From: an uncultured bacterium
GTDB taxonomy: Bacteria > Auribacterota > Erginobacteria > Erginobacterales > Erginobacteraceae
Reading direction: 5' to 3'
Assembly: GCA_963822585.1 (NCBI GenBank)
Contig: CAWGIE010000035.1
Span: 128,001 to 192,000, forward strand
DNA length: 64,000 bases
Below the pieces are notes generated by a model. It saw only the letters and a program-made list of their open reading frames with translations. It searched no databases and was not told the origin of the DNA. This document shows, piece by piece, positions 22,047-32,053 of this stretch. Both the position numbers and the translations under genes were made by a program. Numbering within the stretch: position 1 is the stretch's first letter; the number at the start of each line of letters is the position of its first letter.

Positions 22047-22273
22047 CCACTAAAACACGCAGACACATTTAAAAGAAAATAACCATGAAGACACAAAGAC
22101 ACTAAATAACTACTAAGACACAAAGACACTAAATGACCACTAAGACACAAAGACACTAAGAATATTAGAGAATAAATAAAGACGTTCTTCTATATTTCCC
22201 TAGGTATTTCTTAGTGTCTTAGTGTCTTGGTGGTTATTAAAGGGGCCGAGGTAGGGTTTAGTGTCTTGGTGGT
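22047..22273. repeat. Tandem plus inverted ACCACTAAGACACAAAGACACTAA-type repeats
   Basis: About 4 direct units followed by inverted units; related copies at about 1505, 8848-8913, 9145-9255, 13699-13898, 24551-24645. Confidence 0.8.
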
Positions 22274-22290
22274 TAAAAATAGGAGAGGAG

Positions 22291-23445
22291 ATGAAGATAA
22301 GACAATTAATCATGATCGCGGGCACTGTTTTACTGATCTCGGGTTGCGCTTCCACGCTTCAGACATCCTCTTCCGAGGGCGACCTGCCAGAGGTAAACGA
22401 GCTGATCGCCGAAGGCGCCGACGTGAACGCCAAAGATGACGCGGGCTGGACCCCGATCTACTACGCCCTGCAGAATAACCACCGCGACGTGGTGGAAACC
22501 CTGATCGAAAACGGGGCCGATCTCAATGTCACGGATCCCAATGGCCAATCCCCTCTCTCCCTGGCTGTTGTGTATAGCGATATCGAGACGGTCGAACTGC
22601 TCCTCGCCGCCGGCGCCACGATCAATATCTCCGACAGTGCGGGCCGGACGCCGCTCCACAACGTCGCCATCAGGGGGCGTCCGGAAATAGCGTCCCTTCT
22701 GATCTGGTATGGCGCCGACGTCAACGCCCGCAACGCCATCGGCTGGACGCCGCTGGACGCGGCTGTCCGGCACCGAAATCGGGGGGTTATCGAAGTACTG
22801 CTGGAAAACGGCGCCATCGGGTATTCCTATGATGTGAGGGAGGGTTTCCTGAAGGAGAAGAGGGAGGCCGAGGTGGAGGAAATTCCGGGGGCCGAACCGG
22901 AGATGGCGGGTGTTTTCGAAGATCAGTATGACTCTTTCAGCGAGGAGACGAACCTCTCCGTGAAGTATTCGGTCGAGACTCTCCGGGGATATACAGCTCA
23001 TCAGGGATTCCAAACGATCCTGGCCCGCTATTCCGGGGAACCGGAGCAGTTCTACGAGGCGGGGAAGAAAGGGTGGCTGATCGGCCCCTGGCAGGAGGTC
23101 TCCCTCAGTACCAACCGGGAGCTGTATCCGGAGATACAAATGACCGTCTCCATCAAGAGCACGGTATTTTATTTTTTTGCCGACCACCCGGCCCAGTTCA
23201 AGATCGGAGACGAGATCATCGCCGCCGAACGGACGGAGGTTTCCGCCGTCTCCGCGGAGGAGATGGCGATCACCCGCGGGGAGTTCCGGCTCTCGAAATC
23301 CCTGGCGCAAAAGATCGCCCGTTCTTCCCTGGTGACGGTCCGGGTCTGGTTCAATGACAAGCCTCCCCTGACCTGGACGGTCCCTCCCCGTGTCCTTCAC
23401 GACTGGCAGCGCTTCCTCGCCTCCGCGGAACAATTGTTTCAATAA
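22291..23445 (+). CDS. Ankyrin-repeat lipoprotein
   Basis: Lipobox LISG-C; repeated GADVN...G.TPL ankyrin units. Confidence 0.88.
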   Translation: MKIRQLIMIAGTVLLISGCASTLQTSSSEGDLPEVNELIAEGADVNAKDDAGWTPIYYALQNNHRDVVETLIENGADLNVTDPNGQSPLSLAVVYSDIETVELLLAAGATINISDSAGRTPLHNVAIRGRPEIASLLIWYGADVNARNAIGWTPLDAAVRHRNRGVIEVLLENGAIGYSYDVREGFLKEKREAEVEEIPGAEPEMAGVFEDQYDSFSEETNLSVKYSVETLRGYTAHQGFQTILARYSGEPEQFYEAGKKGWLIGPWQEVSLSTNRELYPEIQMTVSIKSTVFYFFADHPAQFKIGDEIIAAERTEVSAVSAEEMAITRGEFRLSKSLAQKIARSSLVTVRVWFNDKPPLTWTVPPRVLHDWQRFLASAEQLFQ

Positions 23446-23651
23446 AAGAATAAAAGGAAGAGAACCAGGTACACTATCGACAAGCCCGCGTGAAGCAGGG
23501 AATGAGACGGGCCACCGGTATCGTTCGGAATCGGCTAAAGAACTGATTGACCTCTACCGGGTACTGGAGTAATTTTCTCTCTCGTTCGGGGAACGGAGGA
23601 CGAGGGAGAAACAATGCATTTTTTGAGCAGCTATAATTGCAGGAGGCAGCG

Positions 23652-24509
23652 ATGAAATGGGTCCTGGCCATCATAGTCGGCCTGCTGATTTTCGCACCCG
23701 GTCCGGCGGGGGCGCGAGCGGCGGCGGAAAAACCGGCAGCGGATAGCGCCCCGGGGGAAATCCGATTTCTTTTTGACTCGCAAACTCCCCCCTTCGCTTT
23801 CAAGGAAGGGGACAAGCTGCTCGGTTTTGATATCGAGCTGGGAGAAGAAATCGGCAAAGCGCTGGGGAAGAGGGTTACCTGGATCGATGTTCCCTTCAAT
23901 ATCCGGGAATATGCCAATTTGCTGGAGGCGGACAAAGCCGACGCGGCCCTGGCCGCCATCACGATCACCAAGATCAGGAAGTATTTCGTCGATTTTACCA
24001 AGCCCTATTTTTCCACCACCCTGGCCGTTGCCACCCGGCCGGAGGAAAATTGGGACGATCGGTCCTTCGCCCGGGGGTTGGAGAATAAGATTGTCGGGGT
24101 GATGAAGGGAACCACCGGCGAGGAATGGGCCCGCGCCAATTTGAAGGCCCAGATCAAAACCTATGATTCCCCGCTCAGCCTGGTCCGGGCGTTGAGAGAG
24201 GGGGGAAATTTGGCGTATGCCGTGGTGATCGACCTGGCGGTCCTCGATTATCTCCAGTTTTGCACCAGCAGCATGTGCCAGACCAAGTTCCAGATTGTCG
24301 AGAAGAACCTGATGCAGGAGGATTACGGTATCGCCGTCGCTAACGGCGCCTTCGACACCGTGGCCCTGCTGAACGCCGCTCTGGACAAAGTGGAATCCTC
24401 CGGGGCGTTCGATCGGATATACCGCAAGTGGTTCGCCCAGGAATCGACCGGAGAGGAACCCGAAGAGCAACCCGCGGAGCAACCGAAGCAGAAGCCGGAA
24501 GACAAATAA
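23652..24509 (+). CDS. ABC transporter substrate-binding protein, family 3 (polar amino acid type)
   Basis: PPFAF, GFDIEL, ITIT..R, VDFTKPY, EDYGIAV, IY.KWF. Confidence 0.9.
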   Translation: MKWVLAIIVGLLIFAPGPAGARAAAEKPAADSAPGEIRFLFDSQTPPFAFKEGDKLLGFDIELGEEIGKALGKRVTWIDVPFNIREYANLLEADKADAALAAITITKIRKYFVDFTKPYFSTTLAVATRPEENWDDRSFARGLENKIVGVMKGTTGEEWARANLKAQIKTYDSPLSLVRALREGGNLAYAVVIDLAVLDYLQFCTSSMCQTKFQIVEKNLMQEDYGIAVANGAFDTVALLNAALDKVESSGAFDRIYRKWFAQESTGEEPEEQPAEQPKQKPEDK

Positions 24510-24675
24510 TCCTTGTCATCCCCCGTTCGCTTGATTACTTTAATTTAATGCCACCAAGGCACCAAGACACCAAGAAGTTTCAGAGAAGATGAAGTGTCAT
24601 TAGAGGATATATTCATTTTCCTTGGTGCCTTGGTGTCTTGGTGGCTAAAAATAGCAAAAAGAGGAGGAAAGAGAT

Positions 24676-25410
24676 ATGAAGAGAGAGATCCCGACCAAGC
24701 TGCGCAAGGAGGTCTATAACATCTCGACCGCGTGGCTGGAAGGCCTGTTGCAGTCGACCGATAACGCGCCGGCGATGAAGCCGATGTATTCGGTGCTCAC
24801 CAGCAAGGAGGGCAAGAAGAATACCGTCCTCATCCGTCCGATCAAGCCGGAGGAGATCGATCCCGTCCTCAAGTACCTGAAGCTGACGCTGGACGCCGAG
24901 TACGATTACTACGATATCGTGGGCGCCCGGGTCTTCGCGGAACTGCTGGCCATCAAGCGCAAGCGCATGAAGGACGAGTATTTCTTCCTCGGGCTGAATA
25001 ACGGGAAGTTGGTTGGTATCGCCAACGGGAGAATCTGGGATGAGGAGATCGGGATCTCTCTCCACACCCTGACTTTCGAGCGGCAGGTCAATGCCGGCGC
25101 GGTGCTTTTTTATTCCAAGTGCTGGTACTGTTTCGAGGTCTGCCAGCAGGAAGAGTTCTGGGCCACCTTCGAGAGCTACAACGGCTGGGTTCTGGCGGGC
25201 TTGCGGATGGCGCTGCCGTCCTACCCCTGGCCGGACATGCAGCACGAGCTGGGCGGCTCCAAGATCTTTTACCTGACCCGGGAACTCTGGGAGTCGAGCA
25301 TCAAGGATGAGTACCTTAAGCAGGTATCCCGCTCCTTCTTCAAGCCGGCGACCAAGGAACTGATCAAGAAGAACGAAAAGCTGATCATCCCCAAGACGCT
25401 GGAGATTTAA
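24676..25410 (+). CDS. Hypothetical protein, possibly GNAT-fold
   Basis: GAGGAGG RBS, GC-rich codon bias; LIRP..EE and GKLVGIA segments are GNAT-like. Confidence 0.65.
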   Translation: MKREIPTKLRKEVYNISTAWLEGLLQSTDNAPAMKPMYSVLTSKEGKKNTVLIRPIKPEEIDPVLKYLKLTLDAEYDYYDIVGARVFAELLAIKRKRMKDEYFFLGLNNGKLVGIANGRIWDEEIGISLHTLTFERQVNAGAVLFYSKCWYCFEVCQQEEFWATFESYNGWVLAGLRMALPSYPWPDMQHELGGSKIFYLTRELWESSIKDEYLKQVSRSFFKPATKELIKKNEKLIIPKTLEI

Positions 25411-25444
25411 AGCAGTAACACAGACATTCCTGTCTGTGGATAAA

Positions 25445-25480
25445 AAGGGCCCCGGGAGAGAATCTCCCGGGGCTCTTTTT
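25445..25480 (+). terminator. Rho-independent terminator
   Basis: GGGCCCCGGGAGA-GAA-TCTCCCGGGGCTC followed by a T-run. Confidence 0.85.
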
Positions 25481-25512
25481 ATGTATGGATATCCTGTCTG
25501 TTCCCAGTGAGA

Positions 25513-25597
25513 GTAGCACAGACATTCCTGTCTGTGAGTGTAACACAGACATTCCTGTCTGTGTCCAGTGAGAGTAGCACAGACATTCCTGTCTGTG
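25513..25597 (+). repeat. Three GTA(G/A)CACAGACATTCCTGTCTGTG palindromic units
   Basis: Units at 25513, 25540, 25574; another at 25415. Confidence 0.9.
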
Positions 25598-25656
25598 ATC
25601 GAAGAAAGCCCCGGAATCCCCTCCCGGGGCTTTCCCGTATTGGTGAACCGGCGTAC

Positions 25657-25771
25657 TCAGGCCGTCCGAGGCTGCTGCTTGCTCTGTTTTTGCTTAGCGG
25701 CCTTGGCTTGTTTCGCGGCTCTTCTGCCTCTGTCCTTTTGCCTTGTCCTTTTTGCCTTTCTTATCGCCCAT
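25657..25771 (-). CDS. Small Lys/Gln-rich basic peptide (25 aa as read, ~38 aa if one indel is corrected)
   Basis: GGAGGAG RBS, MGDKKGKKDKAKGQRQK..., alternate frame AAKQAKAAKQKQSKQQPRTA*; hairpin at 25604-25633 downstream. Confidence 0.55.
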
Positions 25772-25875
25772 GGGATCTCCTCCTTTTTGAGGTGGTTCAG
25801 GGCATTTTACCGTAAGTTTACGTTTCGGGTATCGATGGTGTTGGCCGGGGCCCTCTGTTCCCGGGCGTTAAATTA

Positions 25876-26082
25876 GTAACACAGACATTCCTGTCTGTGA
25901 GTGTAGCACAGACATTCCTGTCTGTGAGTGTAGCACAGACATTCCTGTCTGTGAGTGTAGCACAGACATTCCTGTCTGTGAGTGTAGCACAGACATTCCT
26001 GTCTGTGAGTGTAACACAGACATTCCTGTCTGTGAGTGTAGCACAGACACTCCTGTCTGTGAGTGTAGCACAGACATTCCTG
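25876..26082 (+). repeat. Tandem array of 27-bp GTAG-type palindromic units (7 complete plus 1 partial)
   Basis: Period 27: GTAGCACAGACATTCCTGTCTGTGAGT; no spacers. Confidence 0.95.
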
Positions 26083-26214
26083 GGCTATCTCAAATAATGC
26101 AATCTATTTATGCTCTCCTTGATAAACAAGGCATTGCGTCCAGGTGGTGCGAAATTCACCACTTTTTATCAACCGCTGGAAGAAAACGGTTATCCCGTGA
26201 AAAAGAAAGACGAT

Positions 26215-26562
26215 TCACGTTTTGACTGCGGATTGCCAGGGCCAGCGCCCCTGCACTTCCATCTGCAGGGCCATGCTCAGGAAGGTCCGGATCAGGACGA
26301 TCAATCCGAGGATCAGGACGTTGATCAGGGTGGGCGCGACGACCACCGTCCGGATAATATCCCCGGCCACCAGGAACTCGAGTCCCAGCAGGATGGCGCG
26401 TCCCAGGTTCTGCCGGTAGAGGCGGTACACTTTGTCGGCCTCCCCCTGCCGGCGAAAGAAGAATCGGGCGGTGGCGAGGAGCGATCCGCCAACAATCAGC
26501 AGCACCCCGATGGTATCGATCCCCGTTCCGACGTCGCTCATTATTTCCTGGTAATAACTCAT
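26215..26562 (-). CDS. DUF1622 membrane protein
   Basis: YRQNLGRAILLGLEFLVAGDIIRTV, LGLIVLIRTFLS. Confidence 0.92.
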   Translation of the reverse strand: MSYYQEIMSDVGTGIDTIGVLLIVGGSLLATARFFFRRQGEADKVYRLYRQNLGRAILLGLEFLVAGDIIRTVVVAPTLINVLILGLIVLIRTFLSMALQMEVQGRWPWQSAVKT

Positions 26563-26694
26563 TATTCTTCCCCTGTTATTTGCCTGATAAATGGGTAACC
26601 CCGACCCATCCGGTTTTTTCAGCTTCAGTCAGATGCAGTTCATGTTCAGTAAATGTCGTAAATCAGTGGGGTCAGATTCCGCGTACGCTGCATT

Positions 26695-26997
26695 TCATGG
26701 TTTGAATCTCCGGTTCTTCCAGTAGCTCGGATCCCGATGGAGGTGCATGACTGCCATTATCACAATCATGTCTGAGGTAGTCCGGAAGAGAATGCCGAAA
26801 GGAAACGTTTTCGTCAAACAACGACGCACATCACGTTCGACAACTGGATAGAGTTCAGGGTTGAGCTTTATCCTGTTGAGAGCGTCCTGCACGGAGGTGA
26901 GAAAGCGCTTACCGAGGTCTGTTTGTTGAGCCTCATACCATACCGCGGCATCGATCATTTCCGATTCGGCGGCGGGATGGAAACGGATAGGCATCAT
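26695..26997 (-). CDS. RelE/ParE family toxin
   Basis: FHPAAESE...WYE, RRCL..FPFGILF, AVMHLHRDP.YW. Confidence 0.9.
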   Translation of the reverse strand: MMPIRFHPAAESEMIDAAVWYEAQQTDLGKRFLTSVQDALNRIKLNPELYPVVERDVRRCLTKTFPFGILFRTTSDMIVIMAVMHLHRDPSYWKNRRFKP

Positions 26998-27224
26998 CCC
27001 AGGGCCGCGTATGCCTTGGCAAACACATCGGCGGCGTCGCGCAGTTCAACGACACCCTCATCAACTTCTCGACAACGCTTTTTAATCTCTTCGCGCCACT
27101 CGGCGGAAATTTCTGTTCCCGGGGCTGCGTCAAGACTTTCAATGAGTCTTTCGGCCAGGAAGGCCCGGGCCTGAGGTGAGAGGTCGAGTGCCTCGGACAC
27201 AATCTTGTCTACCGTCATGCTCAT
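26994..27224 (-). CDS. Addiction-module antitoxin
   Basis: AL.LS...RA.LAE.LIESLD, W.EEI..R; 4-bp overlap with toxin. Confidence 0.88.
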   Translation of the reverse strand: MSMTVDKIVSEALDLSPQARAFLAERLIESLDAAPGTEISAEWREEIKKRCREVDEGVVELRDAADVFAKAYAALG

Positions 27225-27230
27225 AGGATA

Positions 27231-27259
27231 ATACTATCTTATCTTCGTCTGGTTGTCAA
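27231..27259 (-). promoter_or_regulatory. Sigma70-type promoter, probably giving a leaderless TA transcript
   Basis: TTGACA-17 nt-TAGTAT, 6 nt before the ATG at 27224. Confidence 0.7.
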
Positions 27260-27412
27260 TTAGATGATCTGAACGGAGAGCTGAGCTGCCCGGACCACGG
27301 CGGAGCAGATTACCGGAGAAAAATATAAATCCGCATTCCCCCAATCCACCTATCCCCCACTTAATATTTGTGTGACTCTGATTCTTTGTCCTCCGGGGAT
27401 TTCTTTATGTCT

Positions 27413-27484
27413 TTCACCGCCCCGTGGCAAAGCCGTACGGGGGTGCCTTTCACCGCCCCGTAGCGAAGCTGCACGGGGGTGGTT
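27413..27484. repeat. Tandem REP-like pair CACCGCCCCGTAGCGAAGCTGCACGGGGGTG
   Basis: Near-identical tandem pair at 33508-33579; single degenerate copy at 41101-41133. Confidence 0.8.
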
Positions 27485-27540
27485 GATGAACACTATTTGG
27501 GGTGTGACCCTGATCCTTTTCATTTCCACACCCCACTTCC

Positions 27541-29109
27541 CTATTCCGGTTCGCTCACGCGTGTCAGCGAACTCAGACTTTCGTCGCTCAAATCGTCCAT
27601 GACGACTCGTGTCGCCTTTTGTTCGGCCCCGATTATAAATGTCATACTGCTGGGAACATCCGGTGTTTCCGGATTCGGGTAATATAGAAAAATGTCGTGG
27701 TCGAAATGCTTAAGTGTGAATGTCTTTTTATTTGGCCCCATCTGTACCGCGAGATCCCCATCGAGTTCCAGGACCCGAATATTGCCGATATATTCGTTCG
27801 TGTACTCTCCAACATATGCGGATAAAGGCATGGCGGGCGTGGGCGGCGAAGGTGGTTTCGCATACGTGGCGATGAGCGGGGCAAAGGCTTCCGCTCCAAA
27901 ATGAGCATTGTACATTTTGTCCCACACCGCGACCCAATCATTTTGGGATTTGCCATAATGAACATAATCGAAAAACGTTTGGGCAATTCCTTCGGGTAGA
28001 CCGGTCGGAAACGCATTGGAGAGGACGATGATGCCGAGCTGTTCGGAAGGAATCAATTTCACCAAGGTACGGGCGCCTTGCGAAAATGCCCCGGCGTGTC
28101 CCCATACTACCGTTCCATCATCCTGATAGTCGACATTCCAACCCAATCCATAAAAATCGGGCTTGCCGGTGACAAGGTCGTTTCCGCGAATAATGAGCGG
28201 CAGGTGTGTCTGGCCCAATGCGTCTTTGCCAATCAACTGCTTGCCATTGTATTTTCCGTTTGCAAGCTCCAGCCGCATCCACTGTGCGAGGTCTTTAACA
28301 GTGGAACTCACCCCTCCCGCGGGTGATTGTGCATCAGGTTCACGCGACGCCTTTGCAGTCCACTTGCCGTTGATAAGACTGTGCAGCACGGCGCGATTCG
28401 TATGGGCGAGAAAATCTTTATAGTACGAACTGGTCGACTTCATCCCCAGAGGTTTGTATAGTTTTTCCGCCGCGACATCTTCCCACGCTTTCCTGGTGGG
28501 TTTCGCCGCGGCAACGGCGCCTTCGGTGATGCCAAAATTGCTGTAAGAATACGCGGAACGAAAACTGCTCGCGGGTTTTACATAGCGCAGGCGATACAGA
28601 ATTTCGTTTCGGCTATAGCCCAGATCCTCAAGTTCGTTCCCCGCGTTGCCCGGCAAACCGCTGCGATGCGCGAACAAATCGCGAATCGTCACTTGTTGCG
28701 TCGGATACGCCTCATACAATTGAAAGCCCGGATCAACGTCGCGGATGCAAGTATCCCAGCTCACTACACCATCACTCACCAACGCGGCGACAATCGTCGA
28801 AGAAATCGGTTTGGACATTGACGCAAGCTGGAAAACGGTATCCTCGGTGATAGGTTCATTCTTGCCTGCCTCGCGAACACCGAACCCTTTCAAATACAAT
28901 ACTTGATCTTGAAATACTATGGCTATCGCCGCACCCGGAACGCCTTTCTTTTCTAATGTTTCTTGCGTGAACTTTTCCAGTTTCGGTAATGCGGCTTGGA
29001 CTTGAGTGAGTGTCACTTGATTGCGCATTGCTTGCGCGTTCGAAGAGATCGGCATAAGCAACAATAACAAACATAAACTAATGGCTGATACCCAACGTAA
29101 GGTTGTCAT
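27541..29109 (-). CDS. Serine hydrolase (class C beta-lactamase-like) with C-terminal DUF3471-like domain
   Basis: FQLASMSK (SxxK), YSYSN, WGHAG; signal peptide; YVGEY.N domain. Confidence 0.9.
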   Translation of the reverse strand: MTTLRWVSAISLCLLLLLMPISSNAQAMRNQVTLTQVQAALPKLEKFTQETLEKKGVPGAAIAIVFQDQVLYLKGFGVREAGKNEPITEDTVFQLASMSKPISSTIVAALVSDGVVSWDTCIRDVDPGFQLYEAYPTQQVTIRDLFAHRSGLPGNAGNELEDLGYSRNEILYRLRYVKPASSFRSAYSYSNFGITEGAVAAAKPTRKAWEDVAAEKLYKPLGMKSTSSYYKDFLAHTNRAVLHSLINGKWTAKASREPDAQSPAGGVSSTVKDLAQWMRLELANGKYNGKQLIGKDALGQTHLPLIIRGNDLVTGKPDFYGLGWNVDYQDDGTVVWGHAGAFSQGARTLVKLIPSEQLGIIVLSNAFPTGLPEGIAQTFFDYVHYGKSQNDWVAVWDKMYNAHFGAEAFAPLIATYAKPPSPPTPAMPLSAYVGEYTNEYIGNIRVLELDGDLAVQMGPNKKTFTLKHFDHDIFLYYPNPETPDVPSSMTFIIGAEQKATRVVMDDLSDESLSSLTRVSEPE

Positions 29110-29138
29110 TTTCTGCTCCTCCTGCTTTTAATTATACT

Positions 29139-29223
29139 GCCCAACTAACTATCTATCTTTAATCTCTCCCGAAATACCTTATAGTTTTGGCTATCCTGTT
29201 CCCCAATTAGTCATGACCCTGAT
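29139..29223. repeat. Element B, copy 1 (ends in GTTGGGC on minus strand)
   Basis: Similar to 31951-32053; partial copies 31246-31312, 41492-41558, about 46686-46732. Confidence 0.75.
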
Positions 29224-29257
29224 CTTTTTGTTTGGGGTGACCCTGATTCCTTTCCGA

Positions 29258-29341
29258 TACTGCCGCATTCCCGGCCTCAATTATTATTATTATGCAGTAA
29301 AAAATTCAATAATCTGTCAGTCGTCGAGGTTTGATCCTGAT
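29258..29341. repeat. Element A, right half (degenerate)
   Basis: tactgccgcattcccggcctcaa...tctgtcagtcgtcgaggtttgatcctgat. Confidence 0.8.
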
Positions 29342-31052
29342 CATTTTCGACCCCATTAACCTTCGCTAAACCTTCAGAAAAATCAAATGCATAATAGAAT
29401 TGTGGCTCAATAACAAATTCCCCCGTATTATTAATAAATCCCCATTTATCCCCTGCTCTTACAGCGGCTAAGCCCTCGGAAAAACTTTTAGCCTCTTCAA
29501 AACCCGCCATAAGTGACATTGCTAATTCCCCGGTTCTATCAATATAGCTCCATTTGCCGCCAACGATACGATACCCCTTAAGTTCCCCATCAATATTTAC
29601 GCATGCGAGACCTTCAGCAAAAGCCCACGCGTGATCGAATCGCTCTTTTATGACCATTTTGCCCGTCTCGTCGATGAAACCGTATTTCCCTCCATCAAGA
29701 CTGTCTCCTTCCCCTGTGCCACCACTCTTAACTAAGCTTAAGCCTTCTGAGAAATACAACCCGGCGGCGTTGAACTGTGGTAAAATAATAAATTCACCCA
29801 TTTTATTTATGTAGCCTCGCTTGTCATCTACTTCTACAAGCGCAAGGCCTTGCGAAAAGATCCCGGCCTCGTCGAACTTCGGTTCTATTACGATTTCTCC
29901 TTTTTTATTAATAAAACCATATTTATCTCCAATTTTCACGCTTGCCAGTCCCTCATGAAACTTAAGGCAATCATCAAAGCGAGGTTCGATAACAATCTCT
30001 CCTTTCAAATTTACATAGCCCCACTTGTCGTTAAGCTTTACACAACCAAGCCCTTCGGAAAAGCTGATTGTCCTATCGAATATGGGTTCAATCGAAAGCC
30101 TGCCCATTTTATCGATATAACCCCACTTATCGCCAATTTTCGCTGCAGACATACCTTCTGAGAAACTCATGAGTCGATCGAATTCCGGTTTGATTACCAC
30201 CGTTCCATTCTTATCGATAAACCCCCATTTGCCGCCTATTTTTACGGCTGCCCGCCCTTCGGTAAACTTATCACCGTCATCGAAAGTAGGATTTATAACT
30301 ATTTTGCCCGTATTATTGATATAACCCCATTTGCCTTTTAAATTCTTCTTATAAGATAAAGTAGTTTTACACCAACTTTTATCGGTAAACTTTCTCCCCT
30401 CTTTATCGAAACCCCGTCTTCGGAGTTCAACAGTCTCTATCCCCTGAATCGCATGGATAAATTTCATTATTAATTCATCCCCGGACAACCTACCCTCGCC
30501 GATTACTTCGCCAGCCGTATCATAAAGGTAGAGAATTGATTCTTTGACCTCAAAATTCCCTCTCTCTACTACCTCCCCATTTTTTTGGATAAAAATCAGC
30601 TTAAAATAACTGTCTTCTATTGCATCTCCTAACCAGCTCATAATTATTTTTACAGAATTGATTTCATCTGATGCAGGATAAATCTCGAATGAGTTCCAGA
30701 TGCCAAAAAACGCGTGTCTTTTGTCGTCTTTATAGGGAGCGGCAGAGTAAACCCTTACAGTTGTTATGGTTGTATTATTTTCAACCGTACGCTTGCCCTT
30801 ATTATGAGGACGCCTCTTGACAATCCTGGTGGGTGGAGGAGTAGGCTTGGACAATACATAGGTCGCGCCACAGCTGGGGCATGTGCCCTCCTTTTGCGTA
30901 ACCGGTATTTCAAATGTTTCGTGACACTTCCAACACTTCAATTTCTTAGTAGATTGTTCATTGGAAGTCTGTTCTGAAAAAGAAGGGCCATTAATGAAGA
31001 GGATGCACCCGAAGAAAAAGAAAAATAAAATTACTATGACCAATTTATTCAT
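29277..31052 (-). CDS. Secreted WG (KWG)-repeat protein with N-terminal zinc ribbon; C-terminus runs into element A
   Basis: Repeated FSEG.A.V...KWG(Y/F)I units; C..C...CP.C; ends DQDQTSTTDR from the repeat terminus. Confidence 0.88.
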   Translation of the reverse strand: MNKLVIVILFFFFFGCILFINGPSFSEQTSNEQSTKKLKCWKCHETFEIPVTQKEGTCPSCGATYVLSKPTPPPTRIVKRRPHNKGKRTVENNTTITTVRVYSAAPYKDDKRHAFFGIWNSFEIYPASDEINSVKIIMSWLGDAIEDSYFKLIFIQKNGEVVERGNFEVKESILYLYDTAGEVIGEGRLSGDELIMKFIHAIQGIETVELRRRGFDKEGRKFTDKSWCKTTLSYKKNLKGKWGYINNTGKIVINPTFDDGDKFTEGRAAVKIGGKWGFIDKNGTVVIKPEFDRLMSFSEGMSAAKIGDKWGYIDKMGRLSIEPIFDRTISFSEGLGCVKLNDKWGYVNLKGEIVIEPRFDDCLKFHEGLASVKIGDKYGFINKKGEIVIEPKFDEAGIFSQGLALVEVDDKRGYINKMGEFIILPQFNAAGLYFSEGLSLVKSGGTGEGDSLDGGKYGFIDETGKMVIKERFDHAWAFAEGLACVNIDGELKGYRIVGGKWSYIDRTGELAMSLMAGFEEAKSFSEGLAAVRAGDKWGFINNTGEFVIEPQFYYAFDFSEGLAKVNGVENDQDQTSTTDRLLNFLLHNNNN

Positions 31053-31083
31053 TGTATGTTTCCAGAATATTCTGGACAGCTTA

Positions 31084-31245
31084 TGACTGATAAGGATTAT
31101 TTAACGGCGAAAAACTATCGGAACCGGTCCCGTACTATTTCGAAAAACCCGCCTCACGATATTGCCGCATTCTTGGTCTCAAGCGGATGATTATGAAACA
31201 GTACATTCTTCTAGTTTCTGTCAATAGTCAAAGTGTGACCCTGAT
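31084..31245. repeat. Element A, left terminus missing
   Basis: gataaggattatttaacggcgaaaaactatcggaaccggtcccgta...tctgtcaatagtcaaagtgtgaccctgat. Confidence 0.9.
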
Positions 31246-31292
31246 CTTTCCTGGTGGACTTGGCTGGTCTGCTCCCCACTTAGTCAAACTTA

Positions 31293-31859
31293 TTAATTGG
31301 GGTGTGACCCTGCTCCTTTCTCAGAGCATTCCCACTTTTCTTCTATTTTATCTTTTAAATTGGTTTTGCGGTTTCTATTTCGTTTCTCTCTCCATCTCCC
31401 GATTAAAAACCCTGCGGCCAAATAAATCGATATATCTATGATATTCATGAATCCGCCGGCGCAGATCATTATAATATTATATTTCATATGAATAGTACCA
31501 TCTACGGATGATTGCTCATTCGGGAAGATAAGCCTGCAAAAAGAGGTGAACGGAAATATAATCCAGGGCAGAATTTCACCAAAGATAATATAGTGAATAA
31601 AAGAAAACCCTCTTAGCAGGGAAGAAGAAAGAGAGAGCCAAAAGTCAAAGAAAATAATGCTTATCAGTAGAACATATACGAGAAAACCGGATCGGGCCCA
31701 TTTATTCCATTTTGCTTCGGAAGAAAAAAACTTCCCCGGACTAAGCAAGGCTAAAAAACCCAGCCAGATAATGATGGGCTGCAAAAAGGGGATCCACCAG
31801 AAGTAAAAAGGCCAGACTATCCCCAAAATCAATAATGCAATTCCGATGATATTAACCAT
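31293..31859 (-). CDS. Hypothetical membrane protein; stop codon lies in element B
   Basis: Several hydrophobic segments; ends GAGSHPN*. Confidence 0.65.
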   Translation of the reverse strand: MVNIIGIALLILGIVWPFYFWWIPFLQPIIIWLGFLALLSPGKFFSSEAKWNKWARSGFLVYVLLISIIFFDFWLSLSSSLLRGFSFIHYIIFGEILPWIIFPFTSFCRLIFPNEQSSVDGTIHMKYNIIMICAGGFMNIIDISIYLAAGFLIGRWREKRNRNRKTNLKDKIEEKWECSEKGAGSHPN

Positions 31860-31950
31860 ATTTTCAACCTGAAGTAATGATAGCAAGGATCATAGGGTCA
31901 CACCCAAAATACCAAGTTTAAAGCCGGGCAATAATTTTTTTAATTCTTCT

Positions 31951-32053
31951 GTCCAACTAACTATCTTTCTTTAATCTCTCCTGAATTACCTTGTGGACTG
32001 GGCTAACTTGCTCTCCACTTAGTCAAACTTAGTGTTTGGGGTGTGACCCTGAT
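31951..32053. repeat. Element B, copy 2 (ends in GTTGGAC on minus strand)
   Basis: gtccaactaactatctttctttaatctctcc...gtcaaacttagtgtttggggtgtgaccctgat. Confidence 0.75.

Noticed and set aside
22330..23442. Long antisense ORFs here and at 675-1304, 18087-19010, 23631-24482, 40065-40766
   Set aside because: Shadows of well-supported GC-rich genes on the other strand
25876..26082. Possible CRISPR array
   Set aside because: Units are directly tandem with an invariant 3-nt linker, no unique spacers, and no cas genes in the window
25507..26097. ORFs made of SVAQTFLSV / MSVLHSQTG repeats
   Set aside because: Translations of the 27-bp DNA repeat with no coding signals
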